This document shows, in pieces, positions 51,408 to 64,000 of a stretch of DNA of 64,000 nucleotides. A program made the translations under genes and the position numbers. The stretch spans positions 63,860,001 to 63,924,000 of the forward strand of contig OZ287756.1 of NCBI GenBank assembly GCA_965649765.1, given 5' to 3'. The DNA comes from Bispira polyomma. Lineage: Eukaryota. The notes under the pieces were generated by a model, which had not been told where the DNA came from, searched no databases, and was given only the letters and a program-made list of their open reading frames with translations. Numbering within the stretch: the first letter of the stretch is position 1; each line of letters starts with the position of its first letter.

Positions 51408-52410
51408 TTGGTCTATCTAATTGTAGATGTGCCCTCTCACTTCAGACAGATAGCCACGCAAGCATCACACAGGGCTCACCAGGCCTTTAGACCCTCCACT
51501 GACAAAGCCTATTCCAACATGTTTAGAATTTTCCTAGCTTATTGCTGTTTTGCACATATAAATACCAACCATATTTCCCCACTTGTATTATTATCATTTT
51601 TGGAAGTGCTAGTGGTTAACCACGCTTCTGCTTCCTCCATTTCAAACTACCTTTCTGCAATTAAAGCCAAGATGGTGTTATTCGGCCTAAACGTTTCTGC
51701 TTTCTCTGACCCCAGAATCAGGTATTACCAAAAATCACTCTTGCTTAATAGCCCCTTCAGGGCCAAAATAAAAAGAATTATTGATATACCCCTTCTTACC
51801 CAAATCATCGAATCCTGTGACACAATGTACATGGGCCAGGTCTTCAAGGCATTGTATTTGACAGCATTCTTCTCTTTCCTCAGGATCTCTAAGCTGGTCC
51901 CCCATGCAGCTTCACATTTTTCTCCCCTAGTTCAATTGGCCAGAGGTGACGTCATTTTCGCACCTCCACCTCATAATAAAGTGGACTAAGACACTGCAGT
52001 CCAAAAATACTGCCAAGGTAATAAAAGTTCCTACCTTACTTTCCTCCCCCCTCTGCCCAGTTTCAGCAGTTAGGGCCTTGCTAGCCATTACACCAGACCA
52101 TAAAGACTCCCCTCTTTTCCAGTTTAAGAAGAACAATACCTGGATACCATTGACTGATACTTGAGTTCGAGCCAACCTGTCGAGCATACTCCAACGCTTG
52201 GGACTACAACATTCTAATATTACCTTCCATACCTTCCTACGTTCTGGTGCCACCCTCGCTTTCAACAGTAATGTCCCTATTCAAGATATACAGAGTCATG
52301 GCACCTGGACGTCGGATTGCGTCTGGAAATATATAACCCAAGACCATAATGCTTCCCAGCAGGTGGTCTTGGCTTTCCAGACCCTCCTTTCACACTCCAC
52401 TACCACCTAG
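51408..52410 (+). pseudogene. Tyrosine recombinase of family A, copy 2 (disrupted)
   Basis: FLRISKL, HTFLRSGAT, HGTWTSDCVWKY; contains a frameshift and a TGA shared with copy 1. Confidence 0.88.
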
Positions 52411-54899
52411 TTGGGCTTTGGGGTTCTTTATTTACATTTATTCCTTACTATATATTATACAACTGTTAAATGTCTAAATAATAAAGGTGTGGGGCCACCT
52501 TACCACTCTACTTTTAAACCTTGAACTTAATTCACAACTTGTTATCAAATCTTAAGGGTAACCTAAACAAAAAGTTAAGGTCACCTTAAATTCAAAATCT
52601 TACACACTTTAAGCTAGCCTCATTGTAAAGTTAAGGCTACCTTACTTTTTCGAAATTTTATGGTCACCTTAAGTTGTTCACAATTTAAGGTCACCTTATC
52701 TTTAACTTAATTTTTCGGTGCCTTAATTTAAGGTCACCTTATCTCATCCACTTAAACTCGTAATGCTAGGGTGGCCCCTTTACTCAGTATATGAATAAAT
52801 GTTAGAGATTAATATAGTCATTAAAACTAATATCCCCACTTTGCCTCTTTTATTGTGTTCCAAATCAACTCCCAACTTCACTGGTAGGGCACTGAAACTC
52901 ATTGATCAAGTGATCATGTAATTGAGGTAGAAAAGTATAAATGGTCCAGTGTTGTTTTTGATTTTTTAAATTTTGATTTTCCCCAATATGATTTTTATTT
53001 AACCTTTTTCAACAAAGTTTAAAGACCCTGGGATGGCGAGGGTAGCAACCCTCAATCAGGGGTTAATAATACCATCACACACAGTATGATATATTGGAAA
53101 AATAAAAAAAGATTCAAACATTCTTTTAAAAAATAACAAAAAATCCGAATAACATTTGCAAACTACTCATTTCCATCTGCATCAGAAAAAAATACAACAA
53201 AACAACTACAATGTATTTTTTTTAATTAAAAGGTATGCACATGTGTAACGTGAGCACATTAATAATGAGTTGAATTTGGATATTTATAGCCTGCTTTAAT
53301 GTGGTCACTGATAACACATATATTTGGTTCCAATACAAAGTAATATACAGTTGCTTGGGAACTAAAAAATTATGACATAAAATGACGATTGAATCAAACG
53401 ATAAGTGTTGGTTATGTTGTCTTTATAAAAAGTCTCTGATACACTTGTTTTAATATTGTCAACACTCCCAAAATATTATCACTCAGTCTTGTTGTAAATG
53501 TGTTACCGGTTCATCAAATCTTGAGATTGTTAATTATACAAGTATATAGGTGTATCTTTGCATGAAAATCTAGATTATGAAGTAACTCAAAATAACGCTC
53601 AGTAACTGGTGGGCGAGCACAAGGTGGATTAATATCAATTTAAACAATATGAAAATATTGGATTAAATTTTTTTTCCAAATTATATGAAATTGACATCAT
53701 ACCTATAACAGACTACTGTAGTGGTATATGGGGGGTTTTCACACTCAAATTATGTTAATAAATTCAGAATAAAGGATGTCGTTATTTTCTGGGTGTGCAT
53801 GCAAAAATCCCACTAAATGTATCGGATGGGCATGTAGGATACCTAAAACCAAAATTCAGAATGTATTGGAATATCATTAAGTTTTAAAATAGGCTTACTA
53901 GAATGGACAATGAGAGACTAACATATAAAATATTTGAACATGATCTTCAGAACATAACAAATAAAAGTTGGAGCGGAGACCTAAAAAACATTTTAGACCA
54001 GATAGTCTGGCAAGAAAAACTTCTCATAGGAGAAGACATTGATTGAAATACCGCAGAAAAGAAGCTTTTTTGTTTAAATGATCTCGAATGGCAAGAATCT
54101 ATATGTACCAAATCGAAATTAAGATTGTATGTTAAATTTGAAACTCATATTTATACAGAAGAATATGTATTACAGAATCTTTATGGAAATGAAAGGTCTC
54201 CCATTGTCCAATTAAGACCTGGAATACTGCCTCTAGCCATAGAAACTGGAAGCTGGTTTATATGCAGTCATAGACTGCTTCAACAAATCAGGTAAATTAA
54301 AACCTTTAAATTTTTGGCTTAATTGTTGTGTTACTATAAGAAATTATTTGATCTGGTCCAGATATAATCCATAGCATCCCAAAAGCGTAGATAAATACTA
54401 TAGATTCTAAAAATCTTACACATTCAGGTAATTTTACAAGTCCTACTTTATGTTGCGATTGTGAAACGTGCATCAATATACTCATTAATGCAGAAAAAGG
54501 TATACCAGGGGTATGTAAACAGATGTAGGATAAATTGTAAAGCCCACCTATTTTAAGTAAATATAATTTTGAAGAAAATGACTGGCAAAAACAGAAAACC
54601 TAGATATTGAACAAGATATTGAACATTTGTCGAGTATTGTTTTATTGTAAAAATATTTGGTTACATTTTGTTGATGATTACAATCATGTAATAAACTAAA
54701 TATATAAATTGACTAAAAGAGAGATAATGATAGGTTTTGAAATTGAAAATCTAAATTATATTAGCTATAAGAAAGAATTTAATTGTTTAATTCTGTTTGG
54801 AGTTTTGCTCGGGTAAGGGATTGGACATGGAAAAGTGAAGAAGAGGTTTTCAATCTCCTAGGAGTACCTTAAGTTTCAATGTGTGAACCCCCAACCCCG

Positions 54900-56250
54900 A
54901 GGTAGAACTGTCTACCAAGCTAAGAGATAGACTGGTCACGATGCAGGACACTAGTCTCAGATTTTCTCCATGCCAGCAAACTCAGTGTTGAGGGACCCAG
55001 GGGAAATTTGTCAACTGGTTGACATTAGAGGCCGAGAAATTGGCAGAAAAAAACATTTTAACCACTTTAGAAGGGGGAGATTCAACCTTGTGAAAGCTAT
55101 CCTCCAGGACCAGGCCACCACACCACAAGCAATGCCTCAGTCCCAGCAGGATCAGCAGTACCAGGCATAACCCCAGATGCAATATCAGATGGCTCCACTC
55201 ACCCATGTATATCAACCGCAACAACCACAGTTCATGTACCAGCAACCCCAGCTAAGAGTGTCATGACCTATTCAGCCCACACCTGTCAGGCCACACACTG
55301 CACCATGTATTAAAACAAACCCAGCATCAGTGGAATCAGACATACAGGATGCTTCGAAATGCTCATCTCTTATCAAAGGTTTTGAGAAAGTGCATGTTAA
55401 TCTCAGCTACCAGAACATAGACACTCCTGAAAAGTTCTCACCTCTCAATCTAGATGAGTGTAGACTCAATCTCGGTCGTTTTGTCAGGGCACTTCCCCCT
55501 CAGTGGTAATATATTGCATGAGTAGCTCCCTTTGTTCTTCTGCTGCGCTGCTGGGTTTTCTACAGTTGGGTGGGTTGTTTTCTCCAACACATGCTGCTAT
55601 CAATGGGACAGGTCATCTTCTGGACTACCTGGATTAGGCATGTTTATCACATTGTGCAGGGTCACACATGCTAAATCTATGGTGTCCACTACTGATGGTT
55701 CCTGCTGCATCATTGAAAGAAGAATCTAATGTCTGCACTAAAATCCCAAATGCATTTTCGACCATCTTTTGGCCTCTGTTGATTTTATAATTGTATAACC
55801 TTTTGTTCATGTTCATCCCACTTAGCAGTAGGGTTTCACCAACCATATCTTTAGGGCAGACATGTCAGGATGATACAGGGGACAGGGGCTCTGACGGAAA
55901 TAATGGTTTCAGGGGGGTAGTTGATTGACTGGTCCTCTATTTTCTCCTTCAGTTCGGATTTGTTAAAAATCAGGGCATCTGAGCGTAAGCCGCTTGAACC
56001 AATGTTTCACCCAGAGGAAAGGTTATCGCTATCTACCTATGCAAGCATGATGATTGGGTGTTTGCCGTCTATGGTCCCCATGGCATAATAGTAACGTTCC
56101 ACGTGTTCCAGATTCGACCTTTTTCCAGTCATCGGGGCTGGTGGCACATGAGAGGAATTCTTTCTAGTACAAACTTAGTTACTATGAATGAGTACTGCAG
56201 CAATGTGGCTATCTTAAGTCCAGGGCCAGTATCTCCCTGTACTAAGTAGT
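54900..56250 (-). mobile_element. Second degraded PIF/Harbinger transposon
   Basis: Minus strand: IDGKH, IFNKSELKEKIED, YNYKINRGQKMVENAFGILVQ. Convergent Q/P-rich plus-strand ORF 54970-55170. Confidence 0.75.
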
Positions 56251-57326
56251 ATGTCTTTGTATCCTGTGCCCCACCATCCTCTTCTAAAGATGAATCGATC
56301 ATAATGTTAACAACTTATCGAGGAGTTTGTACTACTTATTTTACAGCTTGTGGTGACACATTTTTTCTGTTTTTTTTTAAAACATCGTTGGGAAATGCCA
56401 AGGATTGCTCACAATCGCATAATCAGGGCCTCTCCCCCACCCTTTATGATAGTGGAACAGCACCATTACCAAAGGACCCTGAGTTGCCAGAATATTACAG
56501 ATAAGTCCAATGACCTCCCTGATTATATCCCTGAGGTGGCCCTAATTGCACAATCATAATGGTCGGGGCTATGATCAGCACAGTGAAACAGGGGTATTAT
56601 AAAGTTATGATGGGAATAAACATGTTTACGTTAACTTTACACTATTCTCCCCAATTGGTTCACCTTAAAGATGTTGGCCCTATTGTCGTTATGTGTTTGG
56701 ATTAAGTTAATTTCGTTACCTAAATGGCAAGATTCATTAAACTGGTGAGAAATTATACAATTAAATTGTTCCCTTTATGTTCTCACACTCTCTGATAGTT
56801 CTTAAAACTTGATGGCCCAGTCCTATGGGAAAGAAGCCAATAAGTGAAAAGCAGTATATAAAACATATTTGGAGTTTATTTTAAAACATTGATTTGTTAC
56901 CCTTTTTGTTACAACATTAACATGTTAGCATTACTATACACCACTGTCTGTTAACACAACTACTTTGACACATTACTTTTGTTAGGATTATTAACAGCTT
57001 TTGTTATAATAATAATAATAATAATGCATTTTTAACACGCTTTATTGATGCCAGGCATCTTCTAAAGCGCAACAGACATGACATTAATATTAATCTACAT
57101 GTTAAAACTCTACTACTGACACCTATAATACAATATAGCTGGGAAGCGTTTAGCTCATGGAGCATTCTAGCTTACATCTTTTATAGTTACTAATCAGGCA
57201 TGCCATTTACCTACAGTGTTAAGCTATCGTTAACCATAGTTGAGGAATGTCTGGAGATACTAAAACTTAAGTATCAAAATTTTAAACAATTGTAAAGGGC
57301 CAAACCCCAAATAAGTTGTAGGAATT

Positions 57327-58295
57327 TTAAAACATTAATTTTTGAAAGGTAGTGGGTACTACACTCGAAGCTTTTGGAGTTGAATTTAGGTATGTCCACA
57401 CTGCATCACTCTTCCAATTTCCATGGGTTTTAATATTTTGCAAATTAACATTGCTGTCAAAAGCAAGAGAAGCACCGCTTCTACGAAATGTATGAAATCC
57501 AAAAGCTTTGGGAGAAAGTCCAATCTTAGTAATAGCCAGTTTAAGAAAAGATCCAGCTTTAAAGGCTGTAAGAGGTACTATACCAGCTTTAGTTTTAATT
57601 AAAAATAGAGGAGACTCTTCATGAGCAGAAATTTTTTTACACATTTGTCGAATTGCTTTTACCGGGCATATCAATTTGTCGGATAATAAAGGCAATTGTA
57701 CTACATGGTATTGATCTGATACGTGCATATTTTTTGCACAAGTCATTACAATATGTATACCTGGATTAACCCATATGAGATCAGTCCTAGTGGGAAATCG
57801 TGTCCTATCAAATTCCTTTACTGAATTTGGTACTAAGGAAGCAAGCCTAAAAAAGCCAAAATAAGCACTTAGAAAGAGAGCTACATATGTTTCTGCATTT
57901 AATAAACCTTGTATTGCTTTAATCAATTTTTTCAGTTGGTTTACGGTTAGGACACCCTTTACCTTAGGTCTGATTGGGGCATTGATCTTAACTGATTTTA
58001 TTAACATTTGCACTTTTCTAGAAGTAAGACCATTTTTAGGCCAATCAAAAAGCCCAAAGTAATGGGAGAGTCGACATGTGGTTGCTGATAGACGCAGCTC
58101 TGAGTCCTTGTTGAATGAGGTACTCTACATAGCAGACGAGAGTCCGTGGGCAGTGGGGAACTGTCAGCTGTAAGAAGGTCATGAAGGCCAGGAATAAGTT
58201 AAACGTCGAGTCATAGGATTTCCTGGTACGAGGTCTCAAGGCCGTAGGTATGCTCTCCATAGCTTGGTGTTTCAATCTCTCAGCCATTGATTTGC
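57327..58295 (-). pseudogene. Tyrosine recombinase of family C (frameshifted near 58040)
   Basis: FFRLASL, CAKN, HTFRRSGAS, HGNWKSDAVWTY: complete R-K-H-R-H-Y catalytic set. Confidence 0.9.
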
Positions 58296-61200
58296 CTAGA
58301 AACATATTACAAAGCAACGCAGTACTATGCTCTAGCATGTCATATGACATGTATTTTGGGCTTTAATGAGACTATAAATCTTCCACATTCTTATTCTGGT
58401 CTATGTTACAGGAATCTTTGTAATTTATAAATTTATATACATATACTTATGCTGTGATCTTTGAGCAATTATTACATAATTTATTTCATTATAATGACAC
58501 TATATATAAAAATTTGGCATTAACATGTCACCATGTATAGGTAACCAAGTACATTTATTCTTTAGGTAATTAACTGTTGAAATATTGACATCTTGATAAA
58601 CATGCCACCAAGACAAAATGTCTGCATAGACATTATCGACTTCTGGTATATGTAGCACCTGCAACTCAATATTGTGCGCAGCTACATAATACCAAGTTGT
58701 ACGAAGGCAGGCCATAAGCCATGGATGTTTAGCCTTTTTTGAGGTAAATAGCTGGACCACAGCAAGGTTGTCACACCACAGTGTAACTTTAGTATTCTAC
58801 CATTCATGAGTCCATAGCTTGAGAGCCAATAACATAATGGCTGCCTCAAAGTGGACAATAGATCTATAGTTTTTAACTGACATGGGGATATCTGCACTAT
58901 ACACTTGTCCATTAAAATAACCACCCACTTTCTCCAATGAAGCATCTACATATACTACATGATTAATGGGATTTTTAGTATGTATTTCCACTACCCCATT
59001 AAAAATCTCCAGAAATTGGTTAAACCATTGAATATCCTTAAAAAACATTTCCGGTAGTTTAATACTTCCTCTCATAGGAGCAGTACGTAAAACCTACCAA
59101 ATACGATTAATGAAGATACGTGCTGGTCGCACACATCGATGTATATAAAGGAGCTTTCCAGTCAGCCTCTGCAATTGGTTTCTAGTAGCAGTGTTTTTAC
59201 AAAGCCAATTTCTACATAACTCTTTTACTTCTTTAATTTTCTGACTAGGAATAGTTAACGTACCTGTACTGGCATTGATATTTATATCCAAACAATTAAT
59301 TACAGGAGCTGGAGATTCCAGCTTTTTACTATTAATAGGAAGGCCTAATTCTGTGAGCAGATTTTTGCTGATAAGAATTGCGAGTTAGCTACGTGGGGAG
59401 GAGCGACCCCAATAAAATCATCTAAATAATTCATTATCCAGACGTTACGTTGACGCAACGTTGACGTTACAGCGTCAGTACATAACTGGCAAGCGGCTGC
59501 TCCCGTATGAAACCCGAAGGGTAACCCTATATTGATATAAGTATTATCTTGCCATTGTAGGCCCAATACAGGATAGTTCTCTGGAGATCAATTTTATATA
59601 ATAACACTGTAGGACCATACATTCGAATTTTTTCAACCACTTGGTCAATAGTAGGATATTTTAAAGTGAAAGGTATATTATCATATACATCTATGGGGAC
59701 ACAACTATTTACACCCTGGCCTAAAGGCCATGACAGGTCCACTATTACCCTGGTACCCCCATCTGGCTTAGGCCTAGCCATGAGTGGAGAAAAGTGTATT
59801 TTCGAAAGGTTTACCTTTAATGGGTCCAATCATAGCCCTATGTTTTACCTCTACCTCAAAGTATTCGTTTACCCCTTTATGATTGTATAAAGCCGACTTA
59901 AGATTGGCCACAGAAGAATTAAAAACAAATGTACCATAATCAATATTTAAAGGGAAGCCAAATTGTATATATTCTCCCAATATTTCGAGTTGGTAGCACT
60001 TTAGCATCTGCCTCCAAGCTGGAATCTTAAGGCCAGAGGGAACTGTAATTCTTGCTCCCTTGTAGTTAGGTACACCCTTACTTTTAACTGCATTGTGAAT
60101 TGTATTTAACCACTTTACTGTTGGCTCGAATATAGTAGTGCAACTTGGTAAATTCAAACTTTTTGGAAGAGGAGCATGAGGGAGAAACCCAAAGTCACGG
60201 GGTTCAGTCACCATCTCCTTTTTTTTTCAATAAACCAGCTAGTAGCTTTAACTTTATTAAAATCATAATCATTATGATTAGCCAACGTGTGTACATTATG
60301 GACTTTTCTATTAAGGTGACTGCCATTCTGAATGTGAACATCATGATCACACGTGTTTTTACACATAGCATCCTGCCATATTTTATTTACACTGCTATTG
60401 TAGTATGATAGTACACTATGGTGTTCCATTTTTGTTTTACATCTACCACTGTTTATATTCTTCTCTGAACACCTGCTGTCAAAACAAGTTTTACCACCAC
60501 CCCATAAGTCCTTTACCCCTTGTGCAATTTCAAGAGACGATTCAAGTGTTGAACAAGGGTCAAGGTACTTATTATTGTTGCAGTATCTAGAACTTACCTG
60601 GCAGCAATTTAGTGCAACGTGTTCTAATGTACACGTAATTAGATAACTGTACCTATGGACCAAGGACGACAGGGTGTTCAGGTCATTAGAATCTACAGTT
60701 ATATTGGCCATACTAGTGTTATTGTTACTTACACCGACACATACGTTACTAGCTTTAACAAAAGTATAACTATTTCTGTCACTTGTACTAACTATGTGAC
60801 TAGTCACACAATAAACACTATTGCTAGAATTATTCTCTTGTGACATTAATAAATTAACATCGCTTCCATAAACTCTCTTATAAGAGCTCGATACATTTGT
60901 ATTCATTACTAAGTTGTCACTAAGTCTATCAACATTTGTTTTAGGACTATTAATATATTCCATTTTTTCAGCTAATACTTTGCACCGGGAAGACGTTTTT
61001 TCTGTATCATGATTTTTGTACATAAACACAGTGGCCAACAGGTTCAATTGGTTTCCCATATTACCCATATTAGGGTCTTTGTTACAACTGATACCATGGT
61101 CACGTTTTTTAACACGAGCACCTTGTTTTGGGCTAAACTCACTGGGCAACGGGTTCAAGGTGATTTTATAATTTCTAACACCTTCATTCAATCTATTTTT

Positions 61201-61693
61201 AGGCATATTATTACATGATTTGGTATAAACATACATACTATTAGAACGAGTATCATGTTGTAACCATTTACTATCAGTATTACAAATTTCTTGTCTAAAA
61301 ATTTTTGCACGTGGATTTAATTTAGTTTTATTACAAATACCTTCCTTATGATAATAATTGTGTCGTTGTAATTTAAGCCAAGGTTATTATAACTTTTCCC
61401 GCCGTTGTTAACTTTAGACACATTACAACTAATAGGGTTAAACTCGCTGCTCAGTTTTCTGTCCCTTACTATCATTTTTCATTCGCATACACTTGCAAGC
61501 GGGGTGATCATGCTTTTTGCCACGTGTCTCTTTGTAGCAGTAAGTGCAGTAGTGCTCATATTTGAAACCTTTGGACACGTGGTCCTTGTCTAGCTTACAG
61601 GTACCCTTATTAAACAAGGAGCAGACACGACTTTCTGTGTTCCTGTTTTCACTACTACCTGTACCACCGTTATAGGGAACCCTTTGGGCATTT

Positions 61694-62464
61694 CTAGCTC
61701 TGATTTTTTTCTATCAGTTCGATTTTGTCCCATGTGACCCGGCCTTTTTCTATTTCTTGAAGTACTGCAGCATGCGCTTTCTTAGCTTCTTCTAATCCCA
61801 ACTCGACAGCATCTTGCATTAAGCTAACGTGGTAATTAAGCATAACCTGCCTTTTCTCAAGATCACATTCCTCTAACACGCAACAAAGCAACTCCTGTGC
61901 CCATTGTATGGAAGACATTTCGTCGTATGTCGGTTGTTTGTTGGTATGAGCGACGGTGCAATAATCTTGGGGCCATGAGACCTGGACTTTTACTTTATGT
62001 ACACCCGCTCTATACCGGCCAGATTTTAAAGTGGAAGTATTTTTACCTTTATAGTCGAGACGTGAAGCTCCTTCGTAATCACGCAATCTCTTCTGAACTT
62101 CGGCTTGGATACGGGAGTCACTTTTGAGGACTTCAAAAGAGGGTAGCTTTGGAACTGCACTCTCTGGAACAGCCGTTTTCTGGCCCATAGCCTTTGGTGA
62201 ACTTTGGGCCGATGGAAGCACCGAAATTTCATTTAAACTCACTCTGTCCTGATTATTTAATTGCACACCCATACCTTTCCCCACCATTAATAGTTCAGTT
62301 AATTTGTCCGACATGGACTTATTGTGCGTATTTGTTATTTCAGCTTCTTCACCCTCCACATTATTAGTAACAATATCAGTGTCTGGTACATTATTTTCAC
62401 TTCTTTCAACAGTACTTTTATTCGTACTTTTACTGTTCTTGTTAACTCCCGGTTTAGGCCCCAT
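61694..62464 (-). CDS. Gag-like ORF1 of the family C element
   Basis: LKSGRYR, WPQDYC, YDEMS..QW, LMQDA..LG...AKKAHAAVL..IE.G...W. Confidence 0.78.
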   Translation of the reverse strand: MGPKPGVNKNSKSTNKSTVERSENNVPDTDIVTNNVEGEEAEITNTHNKSMSDKLTELLMVGKGMGVQLNNQDRVSLNEISVLPSAQSSPKAMGQKTAVPESAVPKLPSFEVLKSDSRIQAEVQKRLRDYEGASRLDYKGKNTSTLKSGRYRAGVHKVKVQVSWPQDYCTVAHTNKQPTYDEMSSIQWAQELLCCVLEECDLEKRQVMLNYHVSLMQDAVELGLEEAKKAHAAVLQEIEKGRVTWDKIELIEKNQS

Positions 62465-63245
62465 TTTGTAAAACACTTGACTCTGGAAAGACTTTTGCCG
62501 GCTTGACTGTTGGGAATTTAAAAAGGTAATTCTAATTCTAACTAAAATTGAATTTCCTATGTAGTCAAGCAGACAGGAGTCCAATTTTCCAATATGGCGC
62601 TCAGCCCTCTAAACTTCCAACTGACTTTGAACCCCAAGTGTGGAGGTATTTATGCACATTGATTTCAGCAAGCCCCCATGTGCTTTAACAACTCACAGCC
62701 TCAGTATCAGAAGGCCTAGTTGTATGCAAGAAATGGGTAGACAGCCACCATGTGATTTAATATCTCAAGCTTTGCAGACACCTTGTGGTCTGGTTATGTG
62801 CAGTACATACAGGCCAACCTAGGGGTGACCTTCCGCTTTAACCATTGAAACCCAAAAACTAATATTGATACGAAAATAGCAAGGCCACTTGTGTTTAATT
62901 TTATGTTTTTTAAGCTTTCCCTAAGACTGACACGGTTTGCTACTTAAATTCTGCAACACCTATTAAATGACCAGCTTCCTAACTGAATGATTAACGATTT
63001 TTCGGATGAAATTTGCCTTGACACATTTGACCTCGGGATGGATGTTCTCTTTGTCTAGTGTACAATACCAATGGTTACATATGTTCCGGCACAGACTATG
63101 GTCAGCGCTGCCACTGCCTAGTCCAATATTGGTTCACACTACACTTCATTAACCAGTCATGTTGATAGTCTTGATTAAACACACAGCGTCTTGTTACTCT
63201 AGATGGAGCATGTAATATATGTTAGCCATCTAAATGCTATTCCAC

Positions 63246-63500
63246 TATAGATAAGGTGTATATTATCTATAATGATTATTTTTGACCTTTCCTAGTTTGA
63301 AAAAAATATGCATATCATTCACTCTTCAATTTGTAATATATTAGCTTATGACATTTGTTATAGGTGACCTGTATCACATTTATAAAGCATTTACTTGAAC
63401 ATTTATTTACATGTTGAAACAATGTTAAAAAAAAATATTAAAAACAGTTTAAATTGAAACTTAAAATGTACAAAACTGCACTTTAATTGTTATTTATGTA
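63246..63500 (+). repeat. Dispersed non-coding repeat shared with 24619-24795
   Basis: tatagata.ggtgtatattatctat.atgattattttt ... ttcaatttgtaatatattag ... aatgttaaaaaaaatatt ... aaaactg.acttta.ttgttatt in both places. Confidence 0.8.
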
Positions 63501-63544
63501 CCTTGTTATTTTTTGTTATTTTGGTTCTATATGTCTCAAATTCT

Positions 63545-64000
63545 TTTAGTAACCTTAACTATCGATGATAGCCAAAACATAGCCAGGTAAGATTAATGTC
63601 ATACTGAAAATGGAAGAGATTTGACTGATTTAAAATACTGGCGCCCTTTTTTATTTTATATACTGACAATAAAATTTTAGCCAGGGTACTCAGAAATTGG
63701 TTACAGGTAGCATTAAAAAAAATTATTAGCCTAGAACAGGTGGGATAAGTGGAAAATAGGTTTGTGTTGAAAAGAAAAGACTGATTTCTGATATCATAGA
63801 CTATTGCCTTTATCACAAAACCTCTTATGTAATTCTTCTCGCTGACTCTGAGAAAGCTATTGACATAGTATAATTTTTGAAAAAAAAAAAAAAAATAGTG
63901 AAACACTGTGGTTTTGGAGTTAATTTTGAAAAATGGTTATCAATTTTATACAAAAATTAGGAAAGCTGTGTTACTAACAATGGTTATTTATTGTCATATT
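63545..64000 (+). mobile_element. Degraded L1/Tx1 RT fragment running off the window
   Basis: DLTDLKYWRP, TDNKILARVL, EQVG, RLISDII, LADSEKAID, GFGVNFEKWLSILY, CVTNNGY. Confidence 0.8.

Larger units (their letters stand above)
49335..52895 (+). mobile_element. Ngaro-like YR retrotransposon (family A), copy 2, with a ~2-kb internal deletion
   Basis: Gag from 49832 is joined at ~50653 to the RT/RNase H 3' end (to 51420); YR ~51427-52410; 3' palindrome array. The 5' region resembles 17608-17790. Confidence 0.92.
49219..54260 (+). mobile_element. Old non-LTR LINE interrupted by the family A YR element
   Basis: Endonuclease start ILNVNGWT..N.L (49219-49330); RT C-terminal remnants 53484-54260 (YKYIGV, DYCSGIWG, KLRLYVKF, GILPLAIETG). 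Confidence 0.65.
56815..62900 (-). mobile_element. Near full-length, frameshifted Ngaro-like YR retrotransposon (family C)
   Basis: Gag from ATG 62464, long pre-RT ORF 61236-60208, RT (RVIVDLS, KIDL, LPFG, YLDD) 60214-59094, RNase H (YVDAS, HFEA) to 58500, YR 58295-57327. Confidence 0.9.

Overview
AT-rich eukaryotic genomic DNA with spliceosomal introns, probably from an invertebrate. The host content is a cluster of three intron-containing Golgi carbohydrate sulfotransferase genes (Sulfotransfer_2, CHST8-14-like): 2481-5070 (+), 8668-13553 (-) and 25738-46091 (+). They are embedded in dense transposon debris: five Ngaro-like DIRS-order tyrosine-recombinase (YR) retrotransposon copies, L1/Tx1, L2 and other LINE remnants, two PIF/Harbinger relics, a Penelope GIY-YIG fragment and MITEs. 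Three observations stand out. (1) A near full-length L1/Tx1 LINE has an ORF1 RNA-binding protein fused to a C-terminal NADAR (YbiA-like N-glycosidase / guanine-ADP-ribose hydrolase) domain, a candidate retrotransposon counter-defence module. (2) Phase-matched splice donors in gag (two Ngaro-like families) and acceptors before YR (three families) suggest YR is made as a spliced Gag-YR fusion. (3) A 9.3-kb inverted, circularly permuted copy of 46808-53892 sits in a sulfotransferase intron between 149-bp direct repeats, the pattern expected from a circular-DNA intermediate. All calls come from reading motifs by eye; no database searches were run.
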